A DNA stretch of 64,000 nucleotides from an uncultured delta proteobacterium (GTDB taxonomy: Bacteria; Myxococcota_A; Polyangia; Polyangiales; Polyangiaceae), in NCBI GenBank assembly GCA_963841435.1, contig CAWJCS010000002.1, positions 768,001 through 832,000 on the forward strand. Direction: 5' to 3'. Both the position numbers and the translations under genes were made by a program. Each line of letters begins with the position of its first letter. The first letter of the stretch is position 1. Below are positions 60,367 through 64,000 of this stretch, in pieces. The notes under the pieces are model-generated. The model saw nothing but the letters and a program-made list of their open reading frames with translations. It did not search any database and was not told the DNA's origin.

Positions 60367-61629
60367 ATGATTCACACCAGTAGTACGCGTCGCAGCTTTC
60401 ACGTCGCGCTCGGGACCCTGTTGCTCGCCGCCGTCGCCGGCACCGGGTGCAGCTCCGACGATTCGGGCACGGGCGGTGGGCTCGGCGCGAAATCGGGCGG
60501 CGGCACTGGCGGCACCATCAGCCTGACAGGCGGATCCAACGGCTCGGGCGCGACCATCGGTGTCGGCGGCTCGAGCTCGGGTGGCTCGGCCGCGTCGCAG
60601 AGCTCGGGCGGGTCGGGCGGCGGCTGCGTCGGGACGAGCGCCGTCGGCATGAAAGGAGAGGCCGCCGTCGTGATGTTGCTCGTCGATACGAGCCTGTCGA
60701 TGAATCAAAACGCACGCGGCGACAATCAGACCAAGCTTGCCGCCACGAAGCAGGCGCTCGTGCAGGCCGTCGGGAACCTTCCCGCGGAGCTCAACATCGG
60801 CCTGATCTTCTATCCAGGTCCCGGGGCCCAGACCGGGGCGAACAATCAGATGTGCATGGACAAGTTGACCGCGGTACCGATCGCGCCGCTCAACCAGGCG
60901 CAAGCGCAGCGGCTCACGCAGGCGATCAATGGCGCGAACGCCGGCGGCGCGACGCCCACGCACGATGCGTACGTTTACGCGCTCGACCAGCTCAAAGCTT
61001 CGACCGCGGAAGGGCAGAAGTTCCTCGTGCTCATCACGGACGGGTCGCCGACCTATGCACTCGGTTGCATGGGCACGGGCATGCCCGACTCGCCCGCCCC
61101 GACCCAACCGCTCGTCGACGAAGCGACCAAAGCGTTCAGCCAGGACGACATCAAGACCTTCGTGGTTGGCTCACCAGGTAGCGACAACCCCGACGCTCGT
61201 CCGGCCCTTTCGGCGATGGCGCGGGGTGGTGGCACGGGACCGGCCGGCTGCCGCGACACCGGCGGACCGTACTGTCACTTCGACATGACCGCGGCGACGA
61301 ACGTGAGCGCCGCGCTGCTCCAGGCGCTCGGCCAGATCTCTCAGCAGATCCCCGCCAATTGCAACTTCACCATCCCGCCGAACCCCATGGGCGGCACCAT
61401 CGACGTGAACCAAGTGAACGTCGCGTACACCGTGAACGGGAGCGAGCATCAGGTGGGCAAGGATCCGAGCGGCGACTGCAGCACCGACGGCTGGTATTTC
61501 GACGACCCGAATGCCCCGAGCGAGGTCATCTTGTGCCCGTCGCTGTGCGACGACGTGCAGGCCGACGCGTCCGCGAGCGTCAGCATCGAGTTCGGCTGCG
61601 AGACTCGCGTCGCCGGCCCCGTCACCTGA
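60367..61629 (+). CDS. VWA-domain lipoprotein (CglB-like family)
   Basis: GGAGG RBS, lipobox GTGC, MIDAS residues LVDTSLSM...ATPT...ITDG, C-terminal C..DGWYFD...LCP..C...FGC. Confidence 0.85.
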   Translation: MIHTSSTRRSFHVALGTLLLAAVAGTGCSSDDSGTGGGLGAKSGGGTGGTISLTGGSNGSGATIGVGGSSSGGSAASQSSGGSGGGCVGTSAVGMKGEAAVVMLLVDTSLSMNQNARGDNQTKLAATKQALVQAVGNLPAELNIGLIFYPGPGAQTGANNQMCMDKLTAVPIAPLNQAQAQRLTQAINGANAGGATPTHDAYVYALDQLKASTAEGQKFLVLITDGSPTYALGCMGTGMPDSPAPTQPLVDEATKAFSQDDIKTFVVGSPGSDNPDARPALSAMARGGGTGPAGCRDTGGPYCHFDMTAATNVSAALLQALGQISQQIPANCNFTIPPNPMGGTIDVNQVNVAYTVNGSEHQVGKDPSGDCSTDGWYFDDPNAPSEVILCPSLCDDVQADASASVSIEFGCETRVAGPVT

Positions 61630-61663
61630 CGCGGCCGCGCGCCGCTCCTCCGAGCAGGCACCG

Positions 61664-62167
61664 TCAGGCCGGCGGGCGGATCGTGCGCACGGCGTCGAGC
61701 ACGCTCTTCCAGGAGGAACCGCTGTCAACCTGCAGCAGCGCGGCAATCTCGCCGAGCGCCGCTTCCTCTTCGGAGGTGACCAACGTCGGGTCGTGCAGGG
61801 ACTCCGCGGTCGCCGCGGCGAGTGCTTCGGCGTGCACGACGAGGTCGGGCAGCTCCGACACGTCGACCTCGAGCATGTCGTCGTCGAGCGCGATACCGAG
61901 CAATCCGACGAGCCCGCTCTCGATGTAGCTCTTGCTCGGTGCGGTCTCCATCCAGCCTTCGATGACCCGCATCGTCTCCGCCGTCAGGTGCAAGCGCGAG
62001 CGCGCGAATTTGAGGATCAGCTCGCGCTCGACGTTCTGCACGTGGCCGTCCGCCCACGCGACGTAAACGAGCGGCAAGAGCATGAGGGCGCGATAAGTCG
62101 AGGGCGAGAGACCGAGGCCCGCGAGCGTCCGCTCGAGCTCGGTGCGGTTAGGCGGGGACGTGGCCAT
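61664..62167 (-). CDS. TerB-like (tellurite-resistance fold) protein
   Basis: LVYVAWADGHVQNVERELI and SEEEAALGEIAALL patterns. Confidence 0.6.
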   Translation of the reverse strand: MATSPPNRTELERTLAGLGLSPSTYRALMLLPLVYVAWADGHVQNVERELILKFARSRLHLTAETMRVIEGWMETAPSKSYIESGLVGLLGIALDDDMLEVDVSELPDLVVHAEALAAATAESLHDPTLVTSEEEAALGEIAALLQVDSGSSWKSVLDAVRTIRPPA

Positions 62168-62178
62168 CGAGGCGAAGC

Positions 62179-62754
62179 TTACTTCTTTCCCTTCTTGCCC
62201 GCTGGAATCTCGCCGTCCATGTTGCCGTGAGGCTTCTTGTCGGCGTCTTTTCCGGCCTTCTCGCCGTCCTTGCCCTCTTCACCCTCGGCCTTGTCTTCCG
62301 AGGCAGCTGGCGCCGCCGGCACCGGCTCCTTCAGCTTGTCGGAGCAGAGCCACTCGCACTCGCACTCCATGAGCTTCCCGCCGGACTCGCTGCAGCCGTC
62401 TTGGAATGCCGCGCTGGTTTCCGGGAGCTCGCACTTTTCACTGGGGGCCTCGCAGGCCTTCTCTTTGTTCTGCGCGTCGAAGCCCTGCCGCTTGCCGACG
62501 ATGTTGCCCATGCAGAGCTGCTCGCAACCGCAAAGCTGCATACTGAAGCCCGCCTCGCTACACCGATCTTTGAAGTCGAGCGTGGCGTCGATGGTCTCTT
62601 CGCAGTTGGAGCGTGGCTCGGGGCAGGGCTTCGAGTTGCCCTCCGAGTCGTAGCCGATGGCGTCTCCCGACGAGGAGCTCGCACCACCCCCACGGTGGCA
62701 GGCGATGGGGCAAGCGGCGACGAGTGATATGGAGATAGCGGCGATCCAGCGCAT
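62179..62754 (-). CDS. Lipoprotein with two tandem 6-Cys repeats
   Basis: Signal plus Cys; G(Y/F)D......C..P...C......F.D.CSE.G.....C.CE.LC occurs twice; charged tail. Confidence 0.65.
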   Translation of the reverse strand: MRWIAAISISLVAACPIACHRGGGASSSSGDAIGYDSEGNSKPCPEPRSNCEETIDATLDFKDRCSEAGFSMQLCGCEQLCMGNIVGKRQGFDAQNKEKACEAPSEKCELPETSAAFQDGCSESGGKLMECECEWLCSDKLKEPVPAAPAASEDKAEGEEGKDGEKAGKDADKKPHGNMDGEIPAGKKGKK

Positions 62755-62888
62755 GACGCGCCCATAACGCGGCCATGTTCGCGAATCTACGTCTGGATTC
62801 GCGGCTCGCGGCGGCACTCACGCTCCGGGTTCAATTTCACAGGCGCCCGGCACACGATTGGGGCATTTTGTTCGTCCTTTCGCGACAC

Positions 62889-62903
62889 CGGAACCGATTC
62901 CAG
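62889..62903. promoter_or_regulatory. Candidate LacI-family operator CGGAACCGATTCCAG
   Basis: Upstream of the CBM11-like lipoprotein gene; matches the site at 18525-18538. Confidence 0.45.
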
Positions 62904-63032
62904 ATCCGGGCTGGACAGACCCTTGGCCCACAAGTAGCCTTACGGTCCCTTTTTGCTTTTCGTCGATCCGTTCAGGGGCACCCAGTTCCCATGAACGGAT
63001 TCCCGTTGGCCCCCGGGCCGGAGGTAGTGATC

Positions 63033-64000
63033 ATGGTTCGCACTTGGAAGATCGGAGCTGCTGGTTCGGTTTTGCTTTCGGTGGCGCTCACCACGTCGTG
63101 CCTCTCGAGCAGTGGTGACGACGACAGTGGTAGCGGGGCCAAGGGTGGTACGGGAACCGGCGTGGGTGGTGTCGCCGGAGTCGGCGGCGTCGGAGCCGCG
63201 GGCGGTGTCGGTGGCACGGCGGGTCAAGCCGTAGGCGGCACGGCGGGCGCGGGAGCTGGCGGCACTTCGGGTGCGGGAGCTGGTGGCGTCGGTGGCGCGG
63301 GCGCGGCGGGTGCCTCGGGCTCGGGCGGCTCGACGGGGCCCTTCACCTGCAAGGCTACCCCCGCCGAGTGCAACATGATCACTGATTTCCCCGTGGCCCC
63401 CGGTCAGTGGGGTCTGGGCGATTTCCACGGCGGCGTCTCCGTCTTTGGCACCGGTCTGACGCGCATGGAAGAGACCGACACGACCAAGCTGCACGTGGCG
63501 GGCACCGTCGCCGGCTACGGTCGCGGTTTCAATCTCTGGATCAGCTACTGCTCGAGCCTTACGGCGTTCACGGGCATCACATTTACGGCCAGTGGCACGT
63601 CGGCTTCGGCCACCGCGATGAACATGATCGACTTCCAGCTGCAGACCAATTCCACGTATCCGTGGGAGGTGGCGCCGGCGGATATGAAGGGTGGCTGCAC
63701 GGCCCCGACGGGTATGGATCCGTGGAGCGTGTGTCTCGCGCCGACCCTCAGCGTGCCGCTCGGCGACGCGCCGCAGACCGTCACTTGGGCTCAGATGATG
63801 GGCGGTGCCCCGGCGGCGTGGGACGCCACCGTGAGCCCGGGCGAGATCATCGGCATTCAGTGGCAGTTCCCCTGGGCCGAGGGTGCCGTGGAGTACGCGG
63901 TTGACGTGACGATCGACGACGTAAAGTTCGAAGGCGCAGCGATGCCGATTGACTGCGGCACGTACATGGCGAGCGGTGGCTCGGGTGGCATGGCCGGTTC
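63033..64000 (+). CDS. Lipoprotein with Gly linker and CBM11-like carbohydrate-binding domain (partial, runs off the window)
   Basis: GGAGG RBS, ATG 63033, MVRTWKIG...LTTSC; SLTAFTGITF, QTVTWAQM, IIGIQWQF, VTIDDVKF. No stop in the window, so it is absent from the ORF track. Confidence 0.75.
   Translation, partial: MVRTWKIGAAGSVLLSVALTTSCLSSSGDDDSGSGAKGGTGTGVGGVAGVGGVGAAGGVGGTAGQAVGGTAGAGAGGTSGAGAGGVGGAGAAGASGSGGSTGPFTCKATPAECNMITDFPVAPGQWGLGDFHGGVSVFGTGLTRMEETDTTKLHVAGTVAGYGRGFNLWISYCSSLTAFTGITFTASGTSASATAMNMIDFQLQTNSTYPWEVAPADMKGGCTAPTGMDPWSVCLAPTLSVPLGDAPQTVTWAQMMGGAPAAWDATVSPGEIIGIQWQFPWAEGAVEYAVDVTIDDVKFEGAAMPIDCGTYMASGGSGGMAG

Overview
High-GC window that looks myxobacterial (Polyangiaceae/Sorangiineae-like, inferred from Gly-linker lipoproteins, Cys-rich repeat proteins, Hanks Ser/Thr kinases, PEGA, CglB-like VWA and AgmX/PglI-type proteins). 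From left to right it holds: a ClC channel; an asnB-like amidotransferase / SAM-methyltransferase / osmoprotectant ABC / MarC operon; kdgK-eda; a WYL regulator; a modular GH8 lipoprotein divergent from a 5-gene Opp-family ABC importer; Cys-rich and LysM-M15 surface proteins; a triple Cu-only-SOD-like lipoprotein; a frameshift-rich ~13 kb signalling block ending at tRNA-Leu(CAA); an orphan DNA methyltransferase; and a catabolic region. The catabolic region has a CoA ligase / citryl-CoA-lyase-like / GST / VOC operon converging on a GH1 - BKACE - fusion operon. The fusion is one 980-aa ORF joining maleylacetate reductase, an alpha/beta-hydrolase and a homogentisate dioxygenase-like domain. That operon is the best candidate for an undescribed system (aromatic, possibly aryl-glucoside, ring-cleavage route), followed by the putative compatible-solute biosynthesis operon. 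All calls come from motif recognition by eye; no database searches were run. Several genes carry indels that may be sequencing or assembly errors.
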